The notes beneath the pieces were generated by a model, which was given only the letters and a program-made list of their open reading frames with translations, had not been told where the DNA came from and did no database searches. Position numbers and translations under genes: made by a program. A stretch of 64,000 nucleotides of DNA from Oopsacas minuta. Taxonomy: Eukaryota; Animalia; Porifera. The stretch covers positions 912,793-976,792 of the forward strand of contig JAKMXF010000055.1 in assembly GCA_024704765.1 (NCBI GenBank), in the 5' to 3' direction. Positions 25,305-39,869 of the stretch are shown one piece after another (the first letter of the stretch is position 1; each line of letters begins with the position of its first letter).

Positions 25305-27855
25305 TAATCTATAAACATATTCAATGGATTAGATTGAGTTGCAAAACGGGCAGTAAAGGTTCACAGGTGATGCTGTTACGAACTAATAAATAGCATCCAC
25401 AGTCGCCTCTACCATCGTTACACTTTTGCTGAAAAACAACCTTCACCATGTACCAGGCTATATTTTTAGGTATTTGAAATAACCCTTCGGTACTTGGGAT
25501 AGGCTTTATTCTACCAGCTTTGGGAAACTTTTCGTCAATCCCATCCTTCATGCATGTTGATTTCTTGTTGAGGGCTCCGCATAGTCAATGAATCAATAGT
25601 CGTTTATGATTTAAATAGCTGGGGATCTTCTTCAGGGTCAAGCAACGCGGTATTGCATTAATCTTATCATAGTTTATTTATTCTATGCCAGTTCAATATG
25701 CGCATGTATGAGCACGTGATTCCGCCATTCGACAGTGATATACAGAAAATATTTCCTTTTGTTAGAAGATCAACAAGCTTGATAACTTTCTGTCGGACCA
25801 CGCAAACAAATATATCCCTCGGGTCATGCGACCAATAATGAATCAGTAATATCTGGCCAAAGTGAGTTACAAGTGAATGTTATGAGAAAATCTGATCTGC
25901 CATAATCCGGAAATAAGTCATAGCATCCTGAGGTCTTTCGTGTAAGTAGCTCGGGGCTTTAATGAAAGATTGAAGGTAGAATAACTAAGTGCCAAATATG
26001 TTTGCATTTCAATCACCAGCTACATCATCTCTTAGATTGATGTATCGCCCACAAGTAGCTTCTTCTGATGTAGCCGGATAAATGTGAGCCATTCAGTTTC
26101 TAACGTGACAAGTTTACAACAAATTGGTCAGTCGTGCCAAAAATGATGATGAACATCACGACCCAGAAGAGATGCCGTTGGGGGAGTTAAACTGAATATT
26201 ATAGATTCATAACACGATTTCAAAAATATTATACTTTGCAAATTCTCGATTTTCACAGTTTGTCTTTCAAATATTCAAAATTTCAATTTTCAGTCTATTT
26301 CATAAACAATTTACTTTTGATAAATGAAGTGTATCACATCCAGTTAAACAGATGCAGATTTCCACAATTATGAGACTCAACTTGTACCATAAGAATGATG
26401 GGGAGAAAATACCAGAAACTATGAGCGAATATAGGGGCTTTCATCTTGTAGATATATACTTCATCCAGTTACCTTGTTTTAGTCGTAACATTTACTATTT
26501 CGATCAAATGATATTAATTAATATAATTTACTTCAGAATAATTATTAAATTTACTTTAATTGGAGCAGTTGTAGCCAAATATTACCAAAGGTTGATACTA
26601 CGTCAAACAAATGAGGCTGTAGATCCAGTTTTGGGATAAATTAATTATTATAAATTCGCAACATTTGTTTAAAACACACGACTTAGTACAAGTCTCAACA
26701 CGAATAAATTCCTAAAAATGTATTATATCACGAATAGTTTATTAGATTACTTATATTTGTATATTCAGAGATGTGATATTGGAGAAAGATCGATAAATAG
26801 TATTAGAGATGTAGCACTCGGTGTTATTCCGAAATTTTCTCAAACAATAGAAAATAGAGCAAATCATAGATTCAAAATGGATGAACTTTTACAAATTCAT
26901 AATGTTAACACGCATATAATAAATTTCACTATAAGATTTTACCACAAATTTTCTGTTTGATAATTGAATCTTGAAAATGGAATCCCAAATGTTCCATGTG
27001 CACCCCTCCCACCACTACCCAAGAACTAGCCTTCATGTACCGCATTATTCTAATCAATTAGATGTGTAGGTATATAATAGACCTTGAGAAAAACCATCCA
27101 ACCTGTAGCAACCTACCATACTGAAATTCAACTACAGCAATTTGTCCAGTAATTTTGTCAGGCAACTGAGAATAAAAGAATGATTGCACTACTGAATTCA
27201 GCTTAATTCATGAGGAATCCTAAATAATTTTCACAATCGTCCCATCTAAGCTTGATCTATTGTATGGTTACAAATTCAATGAGTACAGACTGCGCAGGAA
27301 TTGCTGAAATGTCTCAAAGTAAGAAACATCAATATCTGATGCGACTTTGCCAATAATTGTATAAATAATATTGTTAAATATATTCTTTTGGGAAAATATT
27401 TCGATAACTTTGAATTGCATAGTATAGATAACTGAAGTGACAGATATGCATTTCCGATCGGTAATAGAATGAAAAATTATCTGGAATCAAATACTTCCAT
27501 TTCTAGGCAACTTTGGAAATATAAATTGAGAAGGAAAGGTCATGGATGGTACTCTATTATCAAAACGCAATAGCTGTGTTTTAGGTTTATCACAGTGCAA
27601 AGGATAGCTAATTGGATCATCAAAAATAAAAGATGATATTAGGATCCTAATGATGTGAATAAATCAAACTGATGTCTTAATATATATCCATATGTTTACA
27701 ACAATTAGGATGAATAATTGAACTTGTTTCATGAAAACCGTCCAAACATCATAAAATGCGTGGAAACAAATTAGCAACAATGGTGAGTATATGCTTCTAA
27801 GAAACAGAAATCAAATAATGTAGTAAACAAAGAACTTAAATGGGTTGAGAATTTA

Positions 27856-29185
27856 CTAAGGCGTTCAATAAGTCTTGCGGGTGATATCATAGAATATGAT
27901 ACAAACACTATACACATTAATTCACTATATTATTTATTCAAAGTAGTCCCCTCCTGCAGATTCACAAAGTTTTAACCTTTCCACCCACTTGTAAGCACAT
28001 TTCTGTACTCTTCTTCGGGGATGGATTTGGAGTACAAGTACAGGACCGTTCCGAATGCTTGCAATGTGTTAAATTCTTTGCCTTGAAGGTAGATTTTAAA
28101 CCTGGGGAATAGCCAAATATCACACGGAGCTAGGTCTCATGAGTATGGTGGATGAGGAAGTAATTCTAACCCTTCTACATCCAAGAATTTTTGGTAAGCT
28201 TAGCTGTATGGGAACTGGCGTTATCAATTAAAATCTTCATTCCTCGAGTTCCGGTTTTCGGGCGATACTTTTCTATATTTTTTATCAAATTTGGAAGCAC
28301 TTGCTCTGTGAAGAAAGTAGCAGTAACAGCCTTGCCACTTTCACAAGATAATTGCAAGACAATTCTATGACTACTGAAGAAGATGGTATACATAATCTTA
28401 GGTTTCTGAAGTCGGGTCTAGGAATTTTCACCGGTTGTTCGTCGCCCCTCACCCATGATCGCTTCTTATACTTGCATATGGTGTTGAATAGTAGACCGAC
28501 GTCTCGTCACCAGTAATAATCTCTGTTAGGTGTCTAGAATCGCAGTTCTCACAAGTTTCAAGAGTTTCTTGGCAATATTCAGCCGCGCCAACCTTTGATT
28601 CTCACTGAGTTTATGCGGGACCCATTTCCCACAAATCGATCGGTAGCCAAGCTCAGTTGTCATAATTGTACGAATTGCTCCCGATGAAATCCCCATACTT
28701 TGTTCCAGCTGATTGACAATAATGCACTTGTCTTCCATGACCATACTTTTAATGAGTGCGATATTTTCTGAAGTGGTGGCGGATATCGGTTTTCCAGATC
28801 GAGGCAAATCTATGACAACAGCATTACCAGATCTAAAACGGACAGCCCATCGCTCTACGGTAGATCTGGATGGGCAATCCACGCATAATATCTCCTGTAA
28901 CTCGCTGAAGATCTGTACGGACTGGATCTTGAGTATTGTGCGAAACTCCATGTAAGCTCACCATTTGAGGTTGAAATTATCATCCTTCGAAGCCATAAAT
29001 TCAACAGTGGGTATAAATTGATTACACGTAACTATCTCAAAAATTCATAATTTGTATTGAATAAGCTTGAAACTTTCAGCATATGGAGTTTAACTATATG
29101 GGCTTATAATATATGAAAGTTAGATATATTACTTGACAAATTCCTAAGATATATCATGATCCGCAAGACTTATTGAACGCTCTGA
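27856..29185 (-). mobile_element. mariner family A copy 2, full length 1330 bp, frameshifted
   Basis: TIRs CTAAGGCGTTCAATAAGTCTTGCGG and CCGCAAGACTTATTGAACGCTCTGA with TA on both sides; nearly identical to 43118-44447. Confidence 0.95.
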
Positions 29186-30239
29186 TACCATAGCAAAAGG
29201 TTAGTATTACTTTTCTAAACCACGAGGTTGAATTTTTAAAATATCTGGAGAAAAATTAATACTATAAGATGTGATGCATTTCAAAATATGGTATGATAAA
29301 CCATTTTAAGGTTACAGTCATGTGGTTGTGGTGCATTTAAGGATCCCATGATGAAATACATATATCGTGTGAAAGTTTATATAGTATACTTGTGATAAAT
29401 ATTGGTTTTAAATATTAAAATCGAGTTGCATAATACCGTATAAGGTATAATACGTTATAAGTGATCTACCTGTACGTATGCTATATCTATGTTAATCTCA
29501 AAATAGGAGAGTTTGACATTTTGGACTTGTATAAATCACATTATTATCAAGAATTATATAATTTGGTCAAATAAGCAGAGAATTCTCATTAACAATTCGA
29601 GAACTTCTGTTTTCATGCAAAATATATATTACAGAAATCAGCCTAATAGAAGTTAAGTCACCAAAACTGCGGATTGAACACATAACACGTATTATATGGA
29701 ATATGTCTTCATCAAAAGACGTACTAATCAACTTAGTTAAAAACTAATCGTGTGGTTCAAACAAATAGTGCGAGCTAATGAAAATGGGAATAATAGTATT
29801 CATAACGGGTATTTCATCCGGATGTGTTCAGTGTAGTGTAACCTATTGGTAGTATTGAGATACTATTGCTTCAATACCAGTAACCAAATAAGAATTCAGA
29901 AGGGGATGATAGAAGATGAAGATAATTTAATGAAAATAGCAATTATTAGACAAAAAAGTAACTGAATAAGGTACACAATGGAAACCCTCAGGTTTTGTTA
30001 CATTTTCCTCCCGTCATACTTTGGGACAAATTGAATGTAATAAAAGTAGAAAATGTGCATATTCGTACTTGGAAGTGATACACTACATTTATCATAAAGT
30101 CAATTGATAACGAAATATAATCAAAATTGAAAATTTGAAAATTCGAAAGACAAATTGAGGGAGAGGGTGAAAATCGAGATTATGTATGGTGATTAATACT
30201 TTTGAATTAGGATTAGGAATCTACATCGTTCAGAGGAAC

Positions 30240-30502
30240 TGATCGCATATGTAATACTTCAGGGTCACGATGTTCATAAATCAGCAGCAGTTTGGAAGAC
30301 TGGGTGGTGAAAATTTATCAAGAAGTTAGAACATTCGCTACACTAGGGGTAAATGTGATTTAAAATTAAAACTTCTATCACGTATACTGGCTGCGAAATA
30401 TTTTGAAACTCCAAGAAGGTGACAATGACATCGTAATTAGGTCATAGGTGTGAATTTTCGTGATGACTCGAAATTCTCCGAGCAACGCAGGGTATATCCC
30501 TG
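30240..30502 (-). repeat. dispersed repeat family X copy
   Basis: Reverse complement reads TA-CAGGGATATACCCTG..GCTCGGAGAATTTCGAGTC..GAAAATTCACACCTATGACCTAATTACGATGTCATTGTCACC, matching the 11037 and 45217 copies. Confidence 0.55.
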
Positions 30503-33399
30503 TATGCCATGATCTGCCCTGGAGTCTTCCAATTTTCATCAATCAATTCCAAACTTACATCCATATACAACAGATTAATTGGGGTAGAATAAAATAAGTA
30601 AAAAGTCAATATGCCAACTTGACAACAATTAGAATTTGCTGAATTAACCAGTGTGAAACTAAAAGTTACAAGAGTTGGGCATCATCCAAATTAAACAAAT
30701 AGAAGAAAATAATATAAAATATTAAGTTTTTGTCTAAACGTGGTCACTGTAACAAGAGAAAATGCGGACTAGAGTGCTTATCGGAAATGAGCTCGCATAG
30801 AAGGAGGAACTATCCCAATATTTGGTTATATTGGATTCTCCGGGAATGTACGACACAAGCATAAGAAGAATCAGTAAAGTTAACCGCCAATTCACAACAA
30901 TAATAAGCTAAGTTAGCACATAGCCGAACTAGAATAATTCAATATGATCTTACCGCAGGTTTGGCTGGATAATAACATCAACAATAGTATTCATATAATT
31001 AAACCTTTGAGATTTTGAAAGAAAGAACCTAAGGAGTAAATATTATAATACTCGCTGAATAATAACAATAGAAGAAGAAATACCCAAATATTCACCTAAA
31101 TTCTTAAAGAAGTGGAAACAGTATGTAAAAAATCATAATAATACAAATAATAAATAGTTTTATCTGTGTAATAACCACACGTAGAAACTTCCCGATGCGA
31201 TTACAGAAAATAAAGAGCAATAAAATTCTACTAGCGTAAAAAAAGAAATACAATTAGAAAAGATGCTGGAAACAGACAGAGAAAATGAGAAGAGAGGACA
31301 GTATATATATATATATATTCATAGATATATGGAATATTTGTGGCAGATTTAAGAGTATTCGGAGTGTGCGACCGAAAAGCACTCAAAATATATTTTATAC
31401 ATAATACTTGCAATCAATATTGCTTTTAGACCATAAACCTATCGAACAATAATATTTCTGGCTTTAATGATGATAAAAAATAAATATGTAATCATTTACC
31501 AATAGAAATTATTAATTGCTAAAAATTACTCCTAGCACAAAAAAATACTTCTAATTTCAACATGAATTACTAATTAGGACAAGAGTTTCATTTTTCATAA
31601 TTTTGAGCTCAATATAGAAGGAAAAAGTTTAGATTTTGTACGGTGGAATTTTAAAATATTTCACAATAGAGTGGCAGATAGCAAGTTTGTTTCTGTTCCC
31701 AAACTATCAAGTGTCAAAGATGGGTCAATTTTAAATATAAGGTTCTCACACAAGTCGATTAGAAATCCCAGACAATTCTTTATTTGTACTACTAGTTGCC
31801 ATAAAATCCATTTGCGAGTTAATATTCAGTCACATACCTAAAAATGAGAAAAGAATACATTTTGCAGGATAGGAGATATGCATGTTGAAATTCGGTAGAT
31901 GTGCTGTTCCTTAGAGCAATTACCAATTCCCATGTTATATCCATATTCAAACAGAATAGACAATTAAGTTACGAATTATGAAACTTAAGGGAACCAAAAT
32001 CGTATTCACAAGAAATGACTTCATTATAAGCGAACCCAACAAACCTTTTCAGGGATGTATCAACTCAATTTTAGTCGGCAAAATCAACTCCTCTCTTCTA
32101 CACCCTGGCTCAACATAATACAAATACTATATGAGTCGTTTCTTGAACCGATAGGGTTCGTTCATTATTCATTCTAAGCAGACATGACTGTAGTTCGATT
32201 ACATTGGTCAACAATTTTAAATATTCTAAGTTTGAAAACAGATATTCTGAAATGGACTAACGACCATTATGATTCGAGAATATCACTGGTTACTATCTAT
32301 CAGGACTCGTTTTCTGGGAATAAATAATAAATATCGCGCATCGCATGTTTGGCCCAAAAGCTTAGTGTCTCAGGTTAGCTTAAGTATGAAACTGGATTTG
32401 GTCCATCCATCCAATATAATTAGATTCTGTGGGAATAATGCCGGTGTCACGTCGCACTGGATGTTTGAAATTTGAATCACAGGTACTCGTCAATGTTCCA
32501 AATGTTCCGAAATGAAATGTTGGCTAAATGCTAACTCATGGGATTATTAAGTCATCATGACAATACAAAAATCATTATTACTAGAAATTCGAACTTATGG
32601 AGAATTTAATAAAACTCGAACGACAAATTTCCCAGATCACTAACCAAAAAGCCAAGTATCACCTACAGTATTACCGCAGACGACCCTTAAATGGAATTTT
32701 GATGGAGCATGGAATAAATACTAAAATTCCAATATTATATTACCCGAATTCATACACTGGAGTATGAAGTTTCGAGTACATTCTTTTGCAGAGCGACCAA
32801 AAGTACTAAGAAAATTAGCTGTTAAATACTTAAGCTAACATGAAGCAGTAAGCCTTTGCCGTAGAGGCCTAGAAAGCGAAGCGCGGCTGTAATAATTTCA
32901 CAAGGATTTTGCAATTGGTCTAAGTGATGAACAGAGGACATGTGGTGTATTATAGGATTCTGAAATTGAAATTCAAACTTCGGTCAAGTACAATAGCAGT
33001 GGCAAATAATGTGATCTGACAATAAATACAAGGAATTAATTACGTCAAAAGCATGAATTTTGTTTCCAAGACACGAAATTGCCCGTGCCAGCACCAATGT
33101 ACATGTGTATAATAAAATCAGCACTGAGGTCTACCAGCTTCTTGAATCAATTTTGAACATACAAATAGATAACACATACAAAGACAGATAAATCGCGCTT
33201 CAAAAGGCATCATTTAGCTTTGTGCCTGCTTCTCCTTAAGTATGAAATAGCCAAATATATCAATACTGTGGCTCGCCACGGAACGGGACAAACTCGGACT
33301 GTGGCTCGAGGTAAAAGATAGCGGAAATTTTCAATATTTTGTACAGTCATGATCAGGTAATAATCACATGAAGAGTTGGCCTTGGGCCAAATCATGAAG

Positions 33400-33560
33400 T
33401 CAGAAATTGTGGCATATTGAGGGTATCAGCGATTAGATTTTCAACCATCTAACATCAATATTGGAGAGTAGTGTCTGAAAATGTAAGTTTACAAAAATCA
33501 AAGAGGTGACAATTACGTCATAAATCTGTCATAGGTTGTAATTTTAGTCCAAGAATTGAT
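33400..33560 (-). repeat. dispersed repeat family X fragment
   Basis: GGTGACAATTACGTCATAAATCTGTCATAGG core shared with the other copies. Confidence 0.45.
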
Positions 33561-35627
33561 GTTTTACAATATGAATTTCCAACAATTCATACAATAGTAG
33601 AATTAATCTGCCGTCGTATTCACTAAGAAGTAAAGCTCTAAGTTCTAACCTAAGTCTTATTCCCAAAAAAACTAAATTTGAACTCATGTACAAATTTTAC
33701 TAGGATGATTGATAAAATATATATTATTAACAAGAATTGCTTGATATAGGAAAGTATCATTAAAAAGTTTCACTTCGCAAAAAGACTCATCATAGACTCA
33801 TATCAACATTACTGAATCTCAGTTCGCATAGGTGTCTGTCACGCTCCAATATAAAAAAATAGGTTCAATTTATAAAGTCCAGAACCAAATATTAAACAAC
33901 ATTCAAGAAAATTATCAAATTCCCCTATAGAGGTAAATTTCAGTAGAATCAGGCAACTATTCCCCAAAGTATCCCCATTCCCCACCTCCCCGAATAGAAA
34001 TTCGTTTCTAAATAATTGGATAAAGGTAGACTAAAATTGCCCCGTTTATAGAAGTTCCACTGCATTTCGAACATAGAAACATATATACAAGTGTGTGTAT
34101 ATACAAGTGCGTGTATATACACATAAATACTTACATATAAAGCTAAGCAATTCAGCAAAAAAAGGACAATGAATTAAGAATAATTGAAACAACAAATTAT
34201 TCAAAAGAACTCACCAAATAATTACTTAACATTACACTACAAAATTGTTCATATATCTGCTTTATATAGATGCCAACCTGGCGTCCAGCAAAGCCGTGAG
34301 ATATGGGCTTCAAAACTATGAGTCGTTGGTTTTTCCCGTACACTGATATATTTAGGGTGGGTTTTACCTAAACATATTTTGTCAATTATTTAGGGAAAGA
34401 GGTATATAAATCATAAATTATTAAGTAGAGAAATTAATAACAGCGAAATTATACTTTTTGACCTTAGAAAAGCTTGAGACTCACGGTTAAGGCATAAGAT
34501 ATGGCACCTCTACCTATTGCTAAGCAATATGCTGTCAGTAAGTTCCCAAAAAATTTCCAAATTTCATCATATGTTATGATATTCAGGAAACTGAAAACCA
34601 ATTTAGGTTTTAACAACAAAATGTCTTTCAAACGTTCCGAAATTTGATAAACATGTTGTTGAATAAATCATTAATTCAAAGTCAGTCAATTTAGATATGC
34701 ATAGACATATTGGGTACAGTGCGTACCCACGAATAGTTTCACTGATATTAGTTTGGGTTAAATAGTTGCAGTTATAATCTGGAATTTACCAAATTCCAAG
34801 GGAATGGTGTGTCAAAGGTTGGCAGGTATGCTAAGGCTTAAGGTAAATCTAAAGTGCAGCACCCTAAGATTGCCGCCTGAGGCGACTACAAATTAATCAA
34901 TTGATTTATGAGAGATCATAGACAAGATTTTGATAAATGTTTTGGATGTATAAATGGCCAATGTAATTTCATCTTCCGGACAAATTGCAAATATCTCGAT
35001 AACCTTCAAGATTATTAATATTTAATTGAAAAATTAAGAAAAAATATGTGATCAAATTGTATATATATAGTTACTCAAGTACAGCCAACATTGTATACGA
35101 AATTATAATATATATTTCGTATTAGAGTATAATAGTTGAATTAATAGATCCACTTTGAGGTGAAATATGCAATAAAGTAATTCACTGAATAAGTGCCCCT
35201 GGCGCAGATTCTTTTCGTGGACCCATTGTCGAATAATGCTGCATTGTTTCATGGAAATTTCAACATTCACTATGGGACAATGCAAACTTTGTTCAATCAT
35301 GTATAGTGGCCTGTGTGGCCAAACCTGTCTATGCAAGTTGAATCACAGCAGTATATCTCCGGGAAAACATCCATTGGTATTACCAGAGAACTTCAAACAG
35401 GCACTTTAGGTACTTCTGAAAGGAATCCAAGATCTCTATGAGATAAGATAAGTAAAGTAGTCTATGTTAACAATCATCAGGCGAATATAGACAAATTGTA
35501 TCATAAATGGCTGTGAAAAATGTGATAAATATCTAATCCGCTACTTTGAATTCATTAGCATCGACTTCAGTACCTTTCGATTTATCTACTCAACGCATAA
35601 TAGAGGCAAAATGGTATTTATTATCCA

Positions 35628-37916
35628 TAGAGATCCATCGGGGCCCTGGTACATGCCGAAAATCGGTACTTTTTCAAGGCCTGCCCTGCCAAAGTTGATA
35701 ACTCGGCCCTTAGCCAGCGGGATGCTTAATGAAATTATGCTAAGAGTGATTTCTAAAGCAAAACATTATAGGTTTAGAACAAAGAAATATAATGCGAGAT
35801 ACTAAATCGAAAATATAAACGTATCCCTAAAATCTATCCAAATCTTGCATATATCAAATCTTTACTATAATCATCAATTTCCTCGCGGTATGATTAGGAA
35901 GAACTACAAGGAAGTGGTTGAAGCAATTTGGATGAGACAAATCCAACAGCCCTAAAGTTGTACTTGAGGAACAAGAGCTTCTCTATCACCTCCGAAAGCA
36001 AACGATTCCATATCCCTTCGAAATCTTGCTAGCCACTTTGAGCACTCGCTCACGTGAAACTGATCCACAAGGTGAACAAAAAATCGAAATGCAAGTATCA
36101 ACAATCGTTAATATATTTCCAAATGAATTCCCCAGTACTACAATGGATCCAAATCTTTAGATATACTCTTTCCAGCATAATAGAGCAATAATTCTGCACT
36201 GATTTGGCTTGGAAGCATGTCAATTTTACAGATAGAATTCGAACTAACTATCGCTTTTGTCATCAGAGTCATTTAAAATTTGATCCCACCACTGTTAGCG
36301 TTTGATTTTGACTCAGTTTGAAAATCTCTCCCCACTGTTCTCACTTTATCCATATTGAATACCAAAATACACTCTCTTTTCTTTGCCTTTTCAGCTTTCT
36401 CTTTGGCAATAAAAGCCACACATTTTATATCTTGGATCAAAGATAGTAGCTATTGCATGCACATCAATATTTTCAACATCAACGAAATGCTTTTGAGGCT
36501 CCTCACCCCTGAAATATCGGTTCATTTGTTTCACCAATTCATTCTACAAATATCGATCCCTAATTCTTCTATTGCTTCACACTAAATTAGTTTTGGTAAT
36601 CAATGCATTGCTATCAGGAATCCAAGCATTCTCGCATTCTGCATCCAATTATGCATCCAAAAATGGTTTTAATAATATAATTACTTTGGGAATGAGCATC
36701 CAGTCATTTGGCGTGAGTAGAAATCCAGAATTAACTATGATTCGATTATCTTCTTCAGCATATCGAATGACACGTTTCTGTAGCAAGAGTCGAACTAAGA
36801 TATTGTGATAAAAACTTCAACGTGTTATCTCCCCTAGGATAAGGGTGTTTTCAGGAATCCCTCGAGGTCTCTCTGATATTATCTAAGGATTGCCATCGCT
36901 TTCGGACTCTTCCTTAAGAAAGAAATCGTTTAGTTGAGATGCTTCATCATTGTTTTTATTCCACCTTGTACAAAATGGAATTCATAACCGAGGATAGTAT
37001 GAAGAAAACATCCTGTATTATCTTGGGAGTTGTTGGTCGACATTATCCCACATTATCGAGTGCAAATTTCAATCCAATTTCCAATCAGATACAATGATAC
37101 GCAATTGAATCAGCTGAATGAAACTTATCATATGGAAATAACGTAGCAAAGCAGTCGTTCGTTCTCCTTACTTGGTGATAAAATGGAGCGTGAAACTTAT
37201 GTTGGCTCTTTGATGTCCAAATATCTGTTGTCGCGCTGCAAATATTCGCTGATATTATTTCTAATCAAGCATTTCCTTTTCTTATTACCATTATCACATT
37301 ATAGTAAATTGGATGATATGATTCCAAGTAAGTCCAAAGAGACTTGGTAAAGAAAGATTATCTTAGCCCTCCATGAGTTCCACGTCGTACCTTTCTCGAT
37401 TTTCCATACAGACTGAAATATTATAATTGGCAATCGACTCATCTTCAATATCGACTTCATAGAATTTCTATACCCCAGGCACGGACCTTTTTGCCACTTA
37501 GACAGTAGTCAAATATTAGTAACGTGAAGATCATATAATAATTACCAAGACAATAATAAGAATACGCAATAAATGAGATAAGTTTAGGAATAAGCTAGAA
37601 CAAGAAAACACAAACTATATATACACTACTTCGGTTTGTGAATATCTGAGGCCTTGTTACAAAATAACATATCTATAGCATAGACGCTACATATCTCAAG
37701 GGTTACGACAGTAATCTTCGGAGAAAGAAAAGAAGGATTCGTAAAATTAGAAAACAACACTCAACTTAAAACAGCTAAATATAGTGAGCCAAATGCAAAT
37801 ATAGTAAGCTTGAATCTATGGCCCTATTGACCCCTGCCCTTGCCCCGTTCCAGGCAAATAATTCAATCCCGTGTCCCGCCCGGCCCCGAAAAAATTGTGC
37901 CTCTGGTCAATCCCAA
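35628..37916 (-). mobile_element. hAT (Ac-like) transposon, full length, degenerate transposase
   Basis: Exact 8-bp TSD ATTATCCA (35620-35627, 37917-37924); degenerate TAG(A/G)GAT..../GTCAATCCCAA ends. Minus-strand ATTDIWTSK (first catalytic D) and SPCGSVSRERV (hATC-like). Confidence 0.85.
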
Positions 37917-39869
37917 ATTATCCAGGAGTCTCCCTTATCGGCTTCCGGCCATTCACACTCGTAACAATAAATCTCTCTATTAATGTCAAATTATCAAACA
38001 TTTCACTCTATACGAAATTATCTCTCTTTACTAAGAAGGGTCTAGAAATAGTTAAGAATCGTCCCTTCTCATTCACAAATTACATGTGATAAAAGCTTTG
38101 GGGGTCAGCGATATAACCATTGAGAAGGGTTTAAATGAGCATGTTTTGGTATCCTGTGAATGTTTGGTTTTTAATATTATTGTGTTGCTAGTAGTGTAAT
38201 CGATAACTTTGTATCATGGGCAGAAGAATTAAGCGGTAAACATGACAACGACGAGGCTTTCATCCGTATTTTGTAGCCGCGTGCGAATCTTAATGAACTG
38301 GTTAAAACTATAACAACATATTGATGTCTTATATATTCGTAATAATAGACGTGATGTAAATGATGCAGATTGTGAAAGTGTAACAGCTCCAACATCTAGT
38401 GAAATGGATTGCTGTAACGTTATATCAACGGCCAGTCATTCCGTTTTTCATGAGGTTGAACGTGTTGTTTATCTTTCTTTCAGTCTGTTCTGATAATAGT
38501 TATTCGGTGAACCTGATTTAATGTTGCATAGCACTGACGAATTCATCTTAAATAGTTTTGAGTGGGATAATATATTAGCCAGTATATTTCTTATGTTATA
38601 AATATCTCAGGAGATTCCTCGATATTTCTCACTATTGGTTAAAATTCAGCTATTACAAACTGAAAATTTCCATTTGTTTTAGATTTTGACATATAATTAA
38701 GAATAGTCCTCTACCAAGAATCTAAAGGAATTTCTGTAACATGAGGCGTATATGGCGAAGCTCTTCATTTCATAATGATGGCTCTACTTCATACTCTAGA
38801 CATATTTCTGGCATAAACAGAACCCAAATGGCGGTAAAGTAAACTGAGATGAGTTAGTAACTTAACTGCCTTGAAGCCTATCGGAAGCTAAACTTGAATA
38901 TTTGTCAAGTAAAAGTTTTTCTGAAGACGATTGGAGAAACCAAATTTTACTGAAAAATAACGCGATTGGTAAAGTGTATCAGGATACGTCCAATATGCAG
39001 CTCGAGAGCCACAACACCTTGTAAAGACAGTTACATAGACGAGTGTGAAGTTGTGTGAATATTTGACTAGCAGTACTTCAACCACAAATTGGACTAACTA
39101 CCCAATGTCAAAATGTAATTATTTTTGAACCATTCGAAAGAAGAGATACGGACGTTTCTGAAAATGAATATAAATTTTATAAACATCTATTTTTCTAATA
39201 GAACTGGTGCATCTAACCAGCAGTAGTTCACCTATGAATTTAATATACTAAACAAATCAATTTTTCCTGAAATCATGGAAATGGACACCTGCTGTATGGA
39301 CGTTTATGTGTTAAAATATTGTGTTAAAATAGTAAAAACCTTTAGAGATATTTAGGCTTGAAAACTGACCTGTTGGAGTCGAGTCTCTATTAGATTTGTA
39401 CCAAGCACAAAATTTAATGAACATTCTAATTCATTCTAACTATAGCAACACATACATATTACTGCAATATAAACTATTTGATCTCAGTTTCTTCATAATG
39501 AATTCCTCAATAAATTATAGAATATGCAAAGTAATCTCTATTATATCGTAGCATTAAGTTTCAATATGTTACAAATCTGATTAAATATAATCAATGTTTG
39601 AAACGTCGAGTAGCAATGAAAAATTCAGAGTTATTTGCTAATTTTCAATTAATTACTCAAAGTTAGATGTATCATGAAATATTTATAATAAGATCCATAT
39701 TGATATGATAATTTCCTTGTTTGAAATACAAAACACTATTGCTAAAGAATAAACCTTTGAAATAGTCCTTTAGTATTTCTATAAATATTAATTCATATTT
39801 CATCCATTCATAAACAAACTCATATACGTATTTTAATCTCTTTTTTAAAAACTTTTCACGACTCCACAA

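Noticed and set aside
25321-26150. QQKCNDGRGDCGCY, resembling a Ulp1/C48 protease motif
   Set aside because: The catalytic His and Asp motifs could not be placed; it is a single weak motif.
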